Shown piece after piece: positions 24,701 to 34,941 of a stretch of DNA of 64,000 nucleotides; within the stretch, counting starts at the first letter, position 1; each line of letters begins with the position of its first letter. The stretch covers positions 124,001 through 188,000 of the forward strand of contig NIVC01000562.1 in NCBI GenBank assembly GCA_002269645.1, given 5' to 3'. This DNA comes from Macrostomum lignano (taxonomy: Eukaryota). A program made the position numbers and the translations under genes. The notes below the pieces were generated by a model. That model did not search any database. It was not told where the DNA came from and saw only the letters and a program-made list of their open reading frames with translations.

Positions 24701-27515
24701 GCTTTCTTAGAAAATATTTGAAGACTGACTTTACCAGACAAATGGACTTTTTATAAGGCAGGAGGGTTGTGTGCACCCTGGCCATACATGCGCAACAGTC
24801 GGCCGAGTCGGCCGATTCGGCCGACCGATTTGGCGGCCAACCAAGGAAGTCGCAAAAATACCCACCCAAAAATTTACCTAAGTAGTAGTACTAAGTAGCT
24901 GACGAGGCATTTTGGCTTAATAAGACAGTTATAGTTACTCCTGCCGTTTACCCAAAGTTGCGTTTATTTTGCTTTAGAGTTTTTTGATGTGTAAGTCGCA
25001 TTTTTGGCCAAAAACTACGTCGCATTTTTGTTAAAACTAAGTCGCATGGCCGACCGAATTTTGGAGGTTGCGCATGTATGACCCTGGCGCACTTTAAGCG
25101 ACATTGTCACACAAGCGCGCGGATACGTACGCAGTCATACGCACAGGCACACACTCACACAGGAGTGTACAGCGGCCCTAACTTTATTTATCGTTAGTCA
25201 TGTACACTTCACTGCGCCTTGGGGGTTGGCTCTTAAGGCCGTTAATTGCACGAGCAGAGCCAAGCCGAGATTCCAATTTAGCCCCAAATTAATGTGACTG
25301 CACTTGGAATCGAGCCTGGGTCGCTGGCACATGAGAGGGCCGGTACGGCCACCCCTAAACAGAAAAATACACTACACGGAGATATAAACTTTTTCATTGT
25401 TTTTTCGGCACAAAAATAGCAATAGTTTTTATATAGGAAGCATTTTCGAATGCTCACTTTCTGATTAGACATACCTGTGTAGTTTTTTGCTACTGTAAGT
25501 AGTCAAACAAACAAGTTCCAACCTGCCGACTGGTTTCAGCACATGATGTCCGAGCCGTGCTACGACTATCTGCGCACCAAGCACCAGCTAGGCTACCAAG
25601 TGTACTGCGACAGTCGGCAGACTAACGGCGCCATCGGGTTCATGGTGCAGGTGAACAGCCAGGCGGACCAGTTCAGCATGGCCCAGCTGCAGGCCAGGGT
25701 GGACAAGTTCACTGGCGGTCGCTTTCTCAAGCTATTGACCGGCATGTCGGACGAGGCGTTCTCGAATTACGCCAGGTCTCTTGTCGACCTGCTGCTGGTT
25801 GAGGATGTCGGCATGACTCAGCAGGCTGATCGGTACTGGTGCGCGATACTGGACAATGGCCCGGCCTGTCCGCCTGCCGCTTTTGGACTGCACTACACCG
25901 AGGCTGAGATGCTGCTGCACTCGGTTACTAAGGCTGAGGCCATCGAGTTCTATCAGCGGGCTCTGCGCTCCACTGGCAGGCGGTCATTCACCTTTCAGGT
26001 GAGTTGGGTCATGGTTTAGATCTTTGTAGCTTTTGGTGGAGTGGAGTAGATTTTGGTACATATTATGCTAGAGTAGAGTGCGTCTGGGTGTTTTGGTAGA
26101 GTATAGTAAAATCGGCGATAGATTATGGTAGAGAGGCTTCATCGTCTTTTATATAGTAGAGTAGATTTTGTAGATTATAGCTCGTAATAGAGTAGAGTGG
26201 GTCTTGGTAGGTTTGGTAGAGTAGATTGGATGTTGGTAGGTTTTGGCAGAATGAGTCTGTGTAGATTTTGATACATTAGAGTGAGTCTTGTTTGGTAGAG
26301 TAGAGTGAGTCTGGGTAGATTTTGGTAGAGTAGAGTGAGTTTTGGTAGATTTTGCTAGAGTAGTGAGTATTGGTAGATTTTGTTAGAGTAAATTGACTCT
26401 TAGTAGAGTAGAGTGAGTCTTGGTAGAGTAGAGTGAGTCTTGGTAGAGTAGAGTGAGTCTTGGTGGAATTTGGTAGAGTAGAGTGCGTCTTGGTAGGTTT
26501 GGTAGACTGAATCTGGATATATTTTGGTAGAGTAGATTGAATGTTGATAGGTTTTGGTAGAGTAGATTGAATGTTGATAGGTTTTGGTAGAGTAGATTGA
26601 ATGTTGATAGGTTTTGGTAGAGTAGAGTGTATCTGAGTAGGCTTTAGTAGGGTAGAGTGGAAATGGGTAGATTTTTTTGTAAAGTAAGAGTAGAATGGGT
26701 GTCTGAGTAGATTCGGCAGAGTAGAGAATAGGTTCGAGTTCAGTAGAGCGGGTCAGCTCAAGTTTAAAGGTGTCTAGACTGGCTTTCAATGCTAATAATT
26801 CAATGGCACGAAGTTTGCAGAAACAATTCGTCACTGGAAGGTGCGATGCAAGCAGTCGGTGCTGTTAATAGCTTAGCACCTTTGATCTTTAATTGTCCAG
26901 CTGCGGTTTCTACCTAATACTTTGTATCTAATATACTGGGTGACATCTGCTATAAGCTCGTGCCCATAAACCTGACTCATTTTTATTAGAATATATACTT
27001 ATTACCGACCTGCTGCCAGGTGGCAGCTCACTTTATAAACGGGTCTGACTCTCGTGCCACGACCCCTGGTTAGATTCCGTGTGCAGGCACATTCATTCAC
27101 TTGGGGCTTGTGTGAACGATTAGACAGTCAGGGCCGCTATTCACTCCACGTGAGCGTGTGCATGACTGCGTGCCTGCGTACAGTATTGGCGCGCTTGTGT
27201 GTGCTCAGGAGTCAGTGGAATGGGCAGAATGGCCTCAGCGCCGGTTGTGAGCCGATATCGCCGAAGGCGTTGCACTGGCAGCCCTCCTGCAATAATCACT
27301 ATTCATCCCCCACACTGTTCAAGGCGGAAGGCGCGACCAAGAAAGTGTCCGGCCGGGCTGGCAAGAAGCCATTCGCCATGCCGCTGTGCTACTCAACAGA
27401 CACTGTCGACAGCCAAGCCAAGGACGGCGACGAAGAAGAGTGCATCGTCTGGACTGGAGACCTGCACCAGTTCAAAGCCAGCCTGCAGTACAATGCAGCT
27501 AGGGCGATTGTTTAA
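3..27515 (+). CDS. NRDC: Nardilysin (M16A metallopeptidase), 5'-partial; C-terminal two thirds in 12 exons
   Basis: Exons built by hand with GT-AG and consistent phases: <3-619, 2730-2904, 3671-3761, 3860-3911, 5208-5291, 5388-5457, 10976-11121, 13845-14004, 15404-15472, 23526-23672, 25540-25998, ~27324-27515 (last acceptor AAG, less certain). Motifs HEGPGSVL, FRFQEEDEPADSVE, LHLPLPNQFV, YPVRLL..YKDRKFKTPRA, IRVEGYNDKL, VHGN, EPCYDYLRTKHQLGYQVY and EDVGMTQQADRYW follow the order in nardilysin. PCYDYLRT..LGYQVY and VNSQADQF fit nardilysin better than IDE. The HXXEH site would lie upstream of the window. Confidence 0.88.
624..787 (+). repeat. (TCTG)n microsatellite directly after the nardilysin donor at 620
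   Basis: Near-perfect TCTG run of about 40 units. Confidence 0.97.
2081..2158 (+). mobile_element. SINE family A, tRNA-derived head only
   Basis: TAGCCTAGTTGTTAGAGCGTCGGACTCACGACTTGAAGGTCGGGGGTTCGATTC has A and B boxes and matches the heads at 2238, 16897, 49264 and 57432. Confidence 0.75.
2238..2575 (+). mobile_element. SINE family A (tRNA head, Deu/Nin-like core, ATT-rich tail)
   Basis: A/B boxes, then CCTTGAGCAAGACACTTAACTC..CACCCAGCTGTAAAATGGGT, ending in (TTA/CTA)n; four near-full copies in the window. Confidence 0.85.
3072..3482 (+). repeat. 21-bp minisatellite ATCTCCACTTAGAATCCAGCT
   Basis: About 19 tandem units in the intron 2905-3670. Confidence 0.95.
3945..5162 (+). repeat. 29-bp G-rich minisatellite TGTGGGAGGGTGACGGCATGGTCTGAGAA
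   Basis: About 42 units filling almost the whole intron 3912-5207; source of the minus-strand pseudo-ORFs. Confidence 0.96.
5425..10525 (+). repeat. 40-bp minisatellite made of the last 33 nt of a nardilysin exon plus its 5' splice site
   Basis: Unit ATTCGTGTTGAAGGCTACAATGACAAGCTGTTT|GTAAGTG. The first copy (5425-5464) is the real exon end IRVEGYNDKLF and donor; ~125-128 copies estimated from length. Confidence 0.97.
11150..13390 (+). repeat. Compound 16-bp minisatellite: (GTGATGTAGTGAATTG)n to ~12995, then (GGCACCAGAGAGAAAT-like)n
   Basis: Two unit families share one period and join in phase; the array starts ~28 bp after the donor at 11122. Confidence 0.95.
14095..15190 (+). repeat. 21/22-bp minisatellite GTATATTAATCAGCCACA(ATG/TCAG)
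   Basis: About 50 interspersed units of two length variants. Confidence 0.95.
16408..22083 (-). CDS. Nested antisense two-exon gene; ~166-aa four-transmembrane protein (MS4A/CD20-like topology)
   Basis: Exon 1 is 22083-21894 (ATG CCG TTT...ACG G|GTGAGT, phase 1). Exon 2 is 16718-16408 (CCCCATTCCATCCCTCCCACACGCAG|GC CTG GGT, phase 1, ends TAG). The joined frame is open: MPFVPP...KLIGSAIGVLMHGAMAATADAVFAANSCTSVTGLGFATCASSALTAGLSVALSCLSGRLFLNARLQLGACAAHSLVLATGLAFVLASFLAQVGSHRQCVAMLVGSAAVSLLVCLPSCIVAAAVLVSWYRERGTLA. It has four hydrophobic segments and exon-like GC content. Alternative ATGs lie at 22056 and 22044. Confidence 0.7.
16897..17170 (+). mobile_element. SINE family A copy
   Basis: Same head and core as 2238-2575. 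Confidence 0.85.
17195..17440 (-). mobile_element. SINE family B copy (diverged)
   Basis: Reverse complement has a GGTTCGATTCC B box and the body shared with 49945-50301 and 50325-50620. Confidence 0.7.
17700..17885 (-). mobile_element. Probable third tRNA-derived SINE head
   Basis: Minus strand reads GGCGTCGAAGGGCTAATTTGTTAGAGCGCC..GGGCTCGAATCCCAGG (A/B-box-like); single copy in the window. Confidence 0.4.
18808..19975 (+). repeat. 30-bp minisatellite GGGTCACTGATACTGTCCAGATCATTCACT
   Basis: About 39 units; the 3n period creates pseudo-ORFs on both strands. Confidence 0.96.
21160..21720 (+). repeat. 20-bp minisatellite ATTTGGCTATGAAGGAAGAC, block 1
   Basis: About 28 units; same unit as 22636-23390. 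Confidence 0.95.
22636..23390 (+). repeat. 20-bp minisatellite ATTTGGCTATGAAGGAAGAC, block 2
   Basis: About 37 units with internal higher-order repetition. Confidence 0.95.
23780..24060 (+). repeat. ~50-bp (2x25) degenerate minisatellite AGAGTACCCCCAGAGATACCTAACT/AGAGTACCTTCAACTGTACCTCACT
   Basis: About 5 dimeric units downstream of the donor at 23673. Confidence 0.85.
24748..25353 (-). mobile_element. SINE family B copy interrupted by a hAT MITE
   Basis: Head at ~25353 on the minus strand and tail at ~24748; the body is split at ACCCTGGC, which is uninterrupted in the 43173-43551 copy. Confidence 0.8.
24783..25080. mobile_element. hAT-type MITE, 298 bp
   Basis: 14-bp TIR CATACATGCGCAAC/GTTGCGCATGTATG; 8-bp TSD ACCCTGGC at 24775-24782 and 25081-25088. 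Confidence 0.92.
26020..26760 (+). repeat. Degenerate ~23-29-bp repeat TTTTGGTAGAGTAGA(GTGAGTCT)
   Basis: Decaying tandem array starting just after the donor at 25999. Confidence 0.8.
27085..27285 (+). mobile_element. SINE family B, 3' part
   Basis: CAGGGCCGCT..GTGCTCAGGAGTCAGTGGAATGGGCAGAATGGCC.. is shared with the other B copies. Confidence 0.7.
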
Positions 27516-28611
27516 GCTTCTGGCTAGCGATATTAATACTGGATGGACTACTGTTTTTGTTTTGGCTAAGTTTCTCTTTTAATTGATAATTTAATTGACT
27601 CCTGTTCTGTAGCCCTTGAAATTGTAGGCAGAGGTTGCTTTATAAAGAGAGCCAACCTCTGGCCCTGGTGCGTACTCCCAACTATTATTAATCAGAGCAC
27701 GAACAGGAGTCTATTAAAATGGACTTTTATAATCTGTAGTATAGGCAACGTTAACCAGTCAAAAGACCATGCAATTATGACAATACGAGTATACTGCTGT
27801 ACTTTAACAAGGTTTTTAAAGGATTTAAAAATTTTTAAGCTACCGTGGTCTCTTGACTGGTTTATTACTCGTATACTCCATAAACAGCCTTTAGATTGCC
27901 TTTATTAGGCATTAGAGTACTTTTATTTAAGCCAAGCGTGTGTTTGTTTTAAATTAAACTTTATTGCTTTTTTCAAACCCTTTCTAAGTAATTTACTAAT
28001 TATTTTGGTTGTATACTACTTAATGCGCGCTCAGTCCTACTGCTATCCATTTCTGCGACTTTAACCGACTTTAAGCATCAGGCTTTACTAGTATACACAA
28101 AGCCCAAAGCCTAAAACTGAACTCCATGCGCTACACTGACTGAAGCACAAACTAAGCAGATAAATCAATTTTTAGGAGTTTTACTTTTTTGCTCATTTTT
28201 TTCTGCCGAAAACTTGTTTAAAGATATTTCAATTGCTTATTTATTTCTTTTTTATCTAGTAGGCATTAGAAAATTGTTTCAGTAGCCGAAATCTATTGTC
28301 TTCTTTCACTTGCTCTATTCTCTCCCTCTTCTCTACCTCTATCTCTCTCCCTCTCTTATCTACCTTTACCTCTCCCCATCTTCACTCTGACTCTCTCCCT
28401 CTCCATCTCCACCACAGCTTCTCCCTCTTCACCTCTTCTTATCCTCCTTCCCCTTCTGCCCTCTTTCTCTACCTCCCACTCACCTCTCACCCTCTTCTTC
28501 CTTTCACTTTGCATCTGTGAACTGTAAGCGCATGTTTATACTGATTTGTGAGAACATTTGAAACATACTAACTATTCTACACCTCTGCCTCTTCCGCGTG
28601 CCCATTTTCAG

Positions 28612-28680
28612 GCGACAGCAGTGGGATACCGCAAGTCGGCTACCGCTGAAGAGTTGCCTCGCAACGGGCAGCAGCAGCGG

Positions 28681-28712
<32 letters not shown>

Positions 28713-31700
28713 ACAGCAGCAAAACGGTACCAGTTCCGGCGGAGCTGCAGTGAGCAACGGCCTGGGGCTGCACCGTCAGCAGCAGCCGGGCCAGTCGGCT
28801 GGCCGGGCGCCTCGCTCCAACAAGCCGCCGGCGCCGCGGCCTCCGCCCCGCCAATCAGCGCCAACTTCGCCTCAGCAGCCGCAGCCTCAGCCGCCGCCGA
28901 CTCCGCCTCGGCCGTCAGCTACGCCGACACACGTCGCCACCAGCAATGGCGCCGCTTCGCTGCAATTATCGCAGCAAAAAAAGCAACAATTAGAAGAGCA
29001 GAAGCTGCTTTTGCAGCAGCAATATTTAGAGCATCTGCGCAAGCGTCAAGAGCAGCAACAACAGCAACAGCAGCAGCAGGAAGAGCGGCAATCAGAATTG
29101 CCCGGTCAGCCACAACGAGGCCAGGCTGTCCGCCAGACCGGCCGGTCCCGCCTTCAGGTGAAGCGCTGCGAGGTGAACGAGAAAATTCACCGCGAGCTGC
29201 AGCTGACCAAAGGCGCTGAGAACATGCTGAGGGTGACGCGAGACAAACAGGCCAAGGCGCAAATTTCTGTTGAATTGAAATACGCCTATTCTAATCTGGA
29301 CCTGCTTCAGCGGGAACTCGCCGACATCAACGAGGCGCTGGAGGTGTACCAGGACACCAGCGCCTGTTTGCCTATGATCCCGCTGGGCTTGAAGGAGACT
29401 CGGCCGCTGGACTATGAGCCTGCGCTGGCCGACTTCATCGAGGAGCACTACAGCGCCAGGCGGGACGACTATCGGCACTGCTTTGTTGAGCTCAACCGCC
29501 TGCGAGAGGCCGCGCGCAGGCCGCTGCGCTCCGAGCAGGGCGTGGCGGACATCTTTGTCTACTTGAATCACCTGTGGTAAGTTGGCCGCTTCAGCTGACT
29601 GCTTGTAGCTGATTAACTCGCTCATGAATTAATCATTTGTAAACTCATTAACTCATAACCTCACTCATGAACTCACTCATAAACTCATGAGCTCACCCAT
29701 GAGCTCACTCATAAATTCGCTCATGAACTCGCTTATGAACTCATGAACTCATTTACTCAACCTTGAACTTGGTCATAAACCCACTCCTGAACTCACTCAT
29801 GAACTCATGAACTCAACCTTGAACTTGGTCATAAACCCACTCATGAACTCACTCATGAACTCATGAACTCAACCTTGACAACAACAACAACAACAACAAC
29901 AAAATACGCGACCCCGCATGCACAGTCACAGTTAGAGCAGGGCGCGTCAGATGGCGCGCCGCAGAGCCTGGGAGCGAACAAAGTCCGCTTCGTTGGCAGT
30001 GTCGGGCGCCCCAGCGTTGCACAGCAGGCAGTCCACGTATCGACGGGTTCGGGCCCGACCCTGCCTGAACGGACCCTGCAAGGTGAGCAGCAGGACGTCC
30101 TGAACAGGTTGGGGGCAGTAGCCCTCGGCCCGGATCACGTGGCCCGCCAGTTGAAGTCGCCGCCGGCGCAGGATGGTGGACGAACCTTGAACCTTGAACT
30201 CACTCATAAACTCCTGAACTCGTAAACTTGTGAACTCAGTTAGGAATTCACTCGCTCATTGAATCAGTCGCTAACTGGCTCTCTCACCCAGGTACCTGGA
30301 CCGCAGGTTCTTCGCCCCGTGGCGCTCGCACAGCCTATTCTTCCACTGGTTCGACTCGTTCACCGGTGTGGCCTTCACCCAGCGCAGCTTGGCATTCGAG
30401 AAGGCCTGCATGGCCTACAATTTGGCGGCCGTATGCAGCCAGCTGGCGCTCTCGTCGGCCCGTCAGCAGCCGGAGGCGGCGCTAAAATGGCTGCTGCGCA
30501 GCTGGGGCGCAATCCTGTTCGTGGCGGAGAACTACACAAATGCGCCCAGTATGGATATGAAGTCGGCCGTACTGGAGATGACTGCAAACCTGTTGAGAGC
30601 GCAAGCCTACGAGTGTCAATATCAATTGGACTATCAGCAGCAGCAGCAGCCTTGTGAGTGCTTGAATAAGTCGTTTTCTTAGAAATGCATTTTTATCACC
30701 CCACCTTTTTATTACTCCCCAAATGGTATCTCAGCAACTCCCCATTGAGCCATGGCATCTCAGCAACTCCCCATTGAGCCATGGTATCTCAGCAACTCCC
30801 CATTGAGCCATGGCATCTCAGCAACTCACCAATCGAGCCATGGCATCTCAGCAACTCCCCATTGAGCCATGGCATCTCAGCAACTCCCCATTGAGCCATG
30901 GCATCTCAGCAACTCACCAATCGAGCCATGGCATCTCAGCAACTCACCAATCGAGCCATGGTATCTCAGCAACTCCCCATTGAGCCATGGCATCTCAGCA
31001 ACTCCCCATTGAGCCATGGCATCTCAGCAACTCCCCATTGAGCCATGGCATCTCAGCAACTCACCAATCGAGCCATGGTATCTCAGCAACTCCCCATTGA
31101 GCCATGGTATCTCAGCAACTCCCCATTGAGCCATGGCATCTCAGCAACTCCCCATTGAGCCATGGTATCTCAGCAACTCCCCATTGAGCCATGGCATCTC
31201 AGCAACTCCCCATTGAGCCATGGTATCTCAGCAACTCCCCATTGAGCCATGGTATCTCAGCAACTCCCCATTGAGCCATGGCATCTCAGCAACTCACCAA
31301 TCGAGCCATGGTATCTCAGCAACTCCCCATTGAGCCATGGCATCTCAGCAACTCCCCATTGAGCCATGGCATCTCAGCAACCCACCATTGAGCCATGGCA
31401 TCTCAGCAACTCAGTTGCTCCAACTAGTGACCTCAAATGACCCCAAATAATTTACCTGCATTAACCTACAGCCCAGCAGCCGCAGTCAAAGCCGAATTCA
31501 ATCCAGGGCCTGGCCGAGTTCTACCTGGTCCGGGCTCAGGCCGCCGAGTTTATCAGCGACGTATTCAACAATGTCGACACTCGACTGTCCGGCGACATTC
31601 TGCGCTACTCGGACTTCATACCGGACACCTGGCTGACTCTGGTACAGCTCAAAACCAACTATTTCAAAGGACTGGCCCGACTCGCCTTGGCCAACTTCAT

Positions 31701-31841
31701 GGTGGACGCCCTGGCCTTGTCCGGGACGGCCGTTCCAGTGGCCGAGGTTGTCACCAGGCTGACCGAAGTCCTGCTGGCCAGGAATTCTAGGAAACCCACC
31801 ACCTCCGGCGAGCTGCGGGCCTTTGGTTAGTTACCTGCTAC

Positions 31842-31898
<57 letters not shown>

Positions 31899-31949
31899 GT
31901 CTGTCTGCCCGTCTGTCTGTCTGTATGTCTATCTGTCTGTCTGTCTGCC

Positions 31950-32017
<68 letters not shown>

Positions 32018-34265
32018 TGTCTGTCTGTCTGTCTGTCTGTCTTTCTGTCTGTCTGTCTGTTTGTGTGTGTGTCTGTCTGTCTGTCTGTCTTTCTGTCTTA
32101 GTGTCTGCCTGTCTGTCTGTCTGTCTGTCTGTCTTGTCTGCCCCTCTCAATCCGTGACTGCATGATAGCATAAAAAATCTAGTATTCTATTCGGCTCACT
32201 CAACTCTCACACGGAATCCCTCAGCCCGACTGTACGCAGCCGAGGCCATGTCGTGCTTCGAGGAGGCCATCCGGTTGATGTCGCTTAACAAGAAGCTGAG
32301 TGACCTGGCAGTGTGCAGCAACACGCTAAATCGGCTGCACTCTAAGTAAGTTCTAATAAATTGGTTTTAAAAGATTCTTTACTTAGCGGAATTAGCCGGT
32401 ACGCTCTGTACCTGCAGCACTAAAAATAGAACTGCTCAGTATGAGAATCCTGTATTTAACCGAAATGTTTTTTGTATTGAAATAGTGTTCAACTGTCTGT
32501 TTAGCTCTCTGTTTTGAAAATATTTCTTGACACCAAGTGTTTTAGTGGGATACTAACTTTTAACTCGTTGAAGGACTAACTCATTTGAGTTGAAGCTACT
32601 GATAGTAGTTTTTGCCATTGTTGCTCAAATCCTCAGTTGCTGTGCCACCGGCACCTTCCCAGATCCTCAGTTGCTGAGCCAGCCTCCCAGATCCTCAGAT
32701 GCTGAGCCAGCCTCCCAGATCCTCAGATGCTGAGCCAGCCTCCCAGATCCTCAGATGCTGAGCCAGCCTCCCAGATCCTCAGTTGCTGAGCCAGCCTCCC
32801 AGATCCTCAGTTGCTGAGCCAGCCTCCCAGATCCTCAGTTGCTGAGCCAGCCTCTCAGATCCTCAGGTGCTGAGCCAGCCTCCCAGATCCTCAGTTGCTG
32901 AGCCAGCCTCCCAGATCCTCAGTTGCTGAGCCAGCCTCCAGATCCTCAGTTGCTGGGCCAGCCTCCCAGATCCTCAGTTGCTGAGCCAGCCTCCCAGATC
33001 CTCAGGTGCTGAGCCAGCCTCCCAGATCCTCAGTTGCCAGGCCACCGCCTGCACCCTCCCAGATCCTCAGCTGCTCATCAATAAAATCATTTCGCCGAGT
33101 CACTTTCGCATGCTCCAAATTTCCTATCGTCGAAAAGTCTTGTCAATCATTTCTACAAGCACGAAACTTCCAAGCAGTTTTGTAAAACTACAAGCTTCAA
33201 TTTTTTTGTTTTCGAAGATGTGATGTTTCATGCTTGTGAGGTTTCGAGCTTCAAACTTTCGTGTTTGCAGAAGGCATCCTTTCAGGGGGCAGAGCAGCTT
33301 AGCGGGCACCAAGGGTGCACATGCCTGACGATCAGAAAGTCAGGGCCGCTGTACACCCTGTGTGAGCGTGTGTATGAATGCGTGCCTGCGTACAGTACCG
33401 GCGCGCTGGCACGTGCTCAGGAGTCAGCGGAATGGGCAGAATTGCCTCAGCGCTGGTTGTGGGATCGATGTTGCCGAAGGCGTTGCTCCAGGATGCTTGC
33501 AGCTCTCTTGCGAATATTTGTTATTATTATAAACACTTGTTTCACCTACCCCTGCCCGCCAGAGCCCGCACGCTGCACATGGACATCGAGCTGGAGCCCA
33601 GCGCCCAGCTGGTCTCATTCTACTCCAGCGGCATCCGGGCCCGCATCGGCCGCGCCCTGTCGCCAGATGAGCCGAACTTCCACCGCCACCCGGTGCAGGA
33701 CCTGTTCACCGCGCTGGGCCCAATCGGGTTTTTCAATTCGCGCAACGCCTGGTCGCAGCCGCGGGAAATTCGGCTACATCGCGGCGAAGGCGACGGCGGC
33801 GGCAGCGGCAGCTTCGGGTTCAGCCTGGCCGGCGAGGCTCCAGTGACCGTGGCCTCAGTAGACGACAGCGGCCAGGCGAAGGCGAACGGCCTGGAGCCGC
33901 GTGATGTAGTCATCGGAGTCGGCGACCAGGATGTGAAATGGGCATCGCACGAGCACCTGAGCCGTCTAATCCGGGAGAGCAGATCGGCACTCCGTCTGTG
34001 GGTTGTCAGCCCGCTGGAGACGCCGCGGCCTCCGCAACAACAGCAGGACGAATCCGCCAATGCTGGCGGCGGCTCCGTCACTGGCAGCGTTCGCTCCGTG
34101 ACTGGCGGCGGTCTTCACCAGATGCAAGCAGCTGGCAAGTCCGGTCAGCAAAGCTGGCGGAAGCGGCTGTCCGGATCTTGGCTGTTCCGTCGGCGGAAGG
34201 CGCGCAGCGAAAGCGCCGGCCGACGCGGCGGCGGTAACAAAGAGTCGGCAAAGTCGACGCTGTGA
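28612..34265 (+). CDS. RHPN: Rhophilin (Q/P-rich N-terminus, HR1, Bro1, PDZ); no ATG in the first coding exon
   Basis: Exons 28612-29576, 30292-30653, 31472-31825, 32225-32345, 33563-34265; phases are consistent, 2505 nt in total. HR1: [42 protein letters not shown]. Bro1: [51 protein letters not shown]: [42 protein letters not shown]. This domain order is diagnostic of rhophilin. Confidence 0.93.
29879..30182 (-). mobile_element. 5'-truncated RTE-clade LINE 3' end
   Basis: Minus strand encodes [40 protein letters not shown], typical of the RTE ORF2 C-terminus. It has a (TTG)n tail and candidate TSD AACCTTGA at 29871-29878 and 30183-30190, inside a degenerate AACTCATG repeat (29630-30260). 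Confidence 0.85.
30722..31412 (+). repeat. 29/30-bp minisatellite GAGCCATGGCATCTCAGCAACTCCCCATT
   Basis: About 24 units filling rhophilin intron 2. Confidence 0.96.
31842..32140 (+). repeat. (TCTG)n/(TG)n compound microsatellite
   Basis: Fills most of rhophilin intron 3. Confidence 0.96.
32630..33075 (+). repeat. 28-bp minisatellite CAGATCCTCAGTTGCTGAGCCAGCCTCC
   Basis: About 15 units in rhophilin intron 4. Confidence 0.95.
33285..33490 (+). mobile_element. SINE family B copy (internally deleted)
   Basis: GGGGCAGAGCAGCTTAGCGG head joined directly to the 3' body. Confidence 0.7.
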
Positions 34266-34492
34266 GCTCCAAAAATCAGCCCACAGGTTGCCTAACTAAA
34301 AATTCTCCTTGTTCAGTAAGTATAAGAATCGTCATTAAGCTATTCCAAGAGACTCCTTAAACTACTGTAAAAGTAGCCCTTAGGCCTTAAGCTATTCCAA
34401 GAAACGCCCCTTAAACAACTCAAAAATCGCTCTATACCTTTTTTATGAACTGCAATTAATAAGCTTTCCTAAATATTGCCTTTCAACTTAGC

Positions 34493-34498
34493 AATAAA
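34493..34498 (+). promoter_or_regulatory. Candidate rhophilin polyadenylation signal AATAAA
   Basis: First AATAAA after the stop at 34265, followed by T-rich sequence. Confidence 0.5.
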
Positions 34499-34941
34499 AT
34501 CATCCAATTTAATTTATTTTGTCTCAACTGATCTGCTTTAATGATTGTCAGAATGTTTCTAAACAATTAACTAAAAAACACGCGCGATCTCCTTTATTAT
34601 TTGCTCCTTTAATTGTTACATTTTTGTCAACTTTTTAAGTCAGTTTTTAGTCTTTCTCAATACATTAGCCGCTTTATTAAGAGATGTCTAAAGAAACAAT
34701 CGAATCTGTCTGAGAAAAGCCTAGCTACATACACAGATACTAGAATAGCTTCCTATGCCACTAGAAATTGAAGTTATGAAAAGCAGAGCGTCTACTCTTT
34801 TTTCAGTAATATGTCTGCGCATGCTACTTAAATTTAATGTAGCAGCTAAATTTTCTTTCCTTCCTCAGGGTTGAGGCCCCAGGAGCATATAGGGTTAAGA
34901 ATAAAGAGAAAGCATTTAACTTGATAAACAATTGAACGCAA

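Noticed and set aside
27324-27515. Insulin-degrading enzyme as the identity of gene 1
   Set aside because: Diagnostic segments (PCYDYLRT..LGYQVY, VNSQADQF, C-terminal I..DLHQFKASL) are closer to nardilysin than to IDE as I recall them; a phylogeny would settle it.
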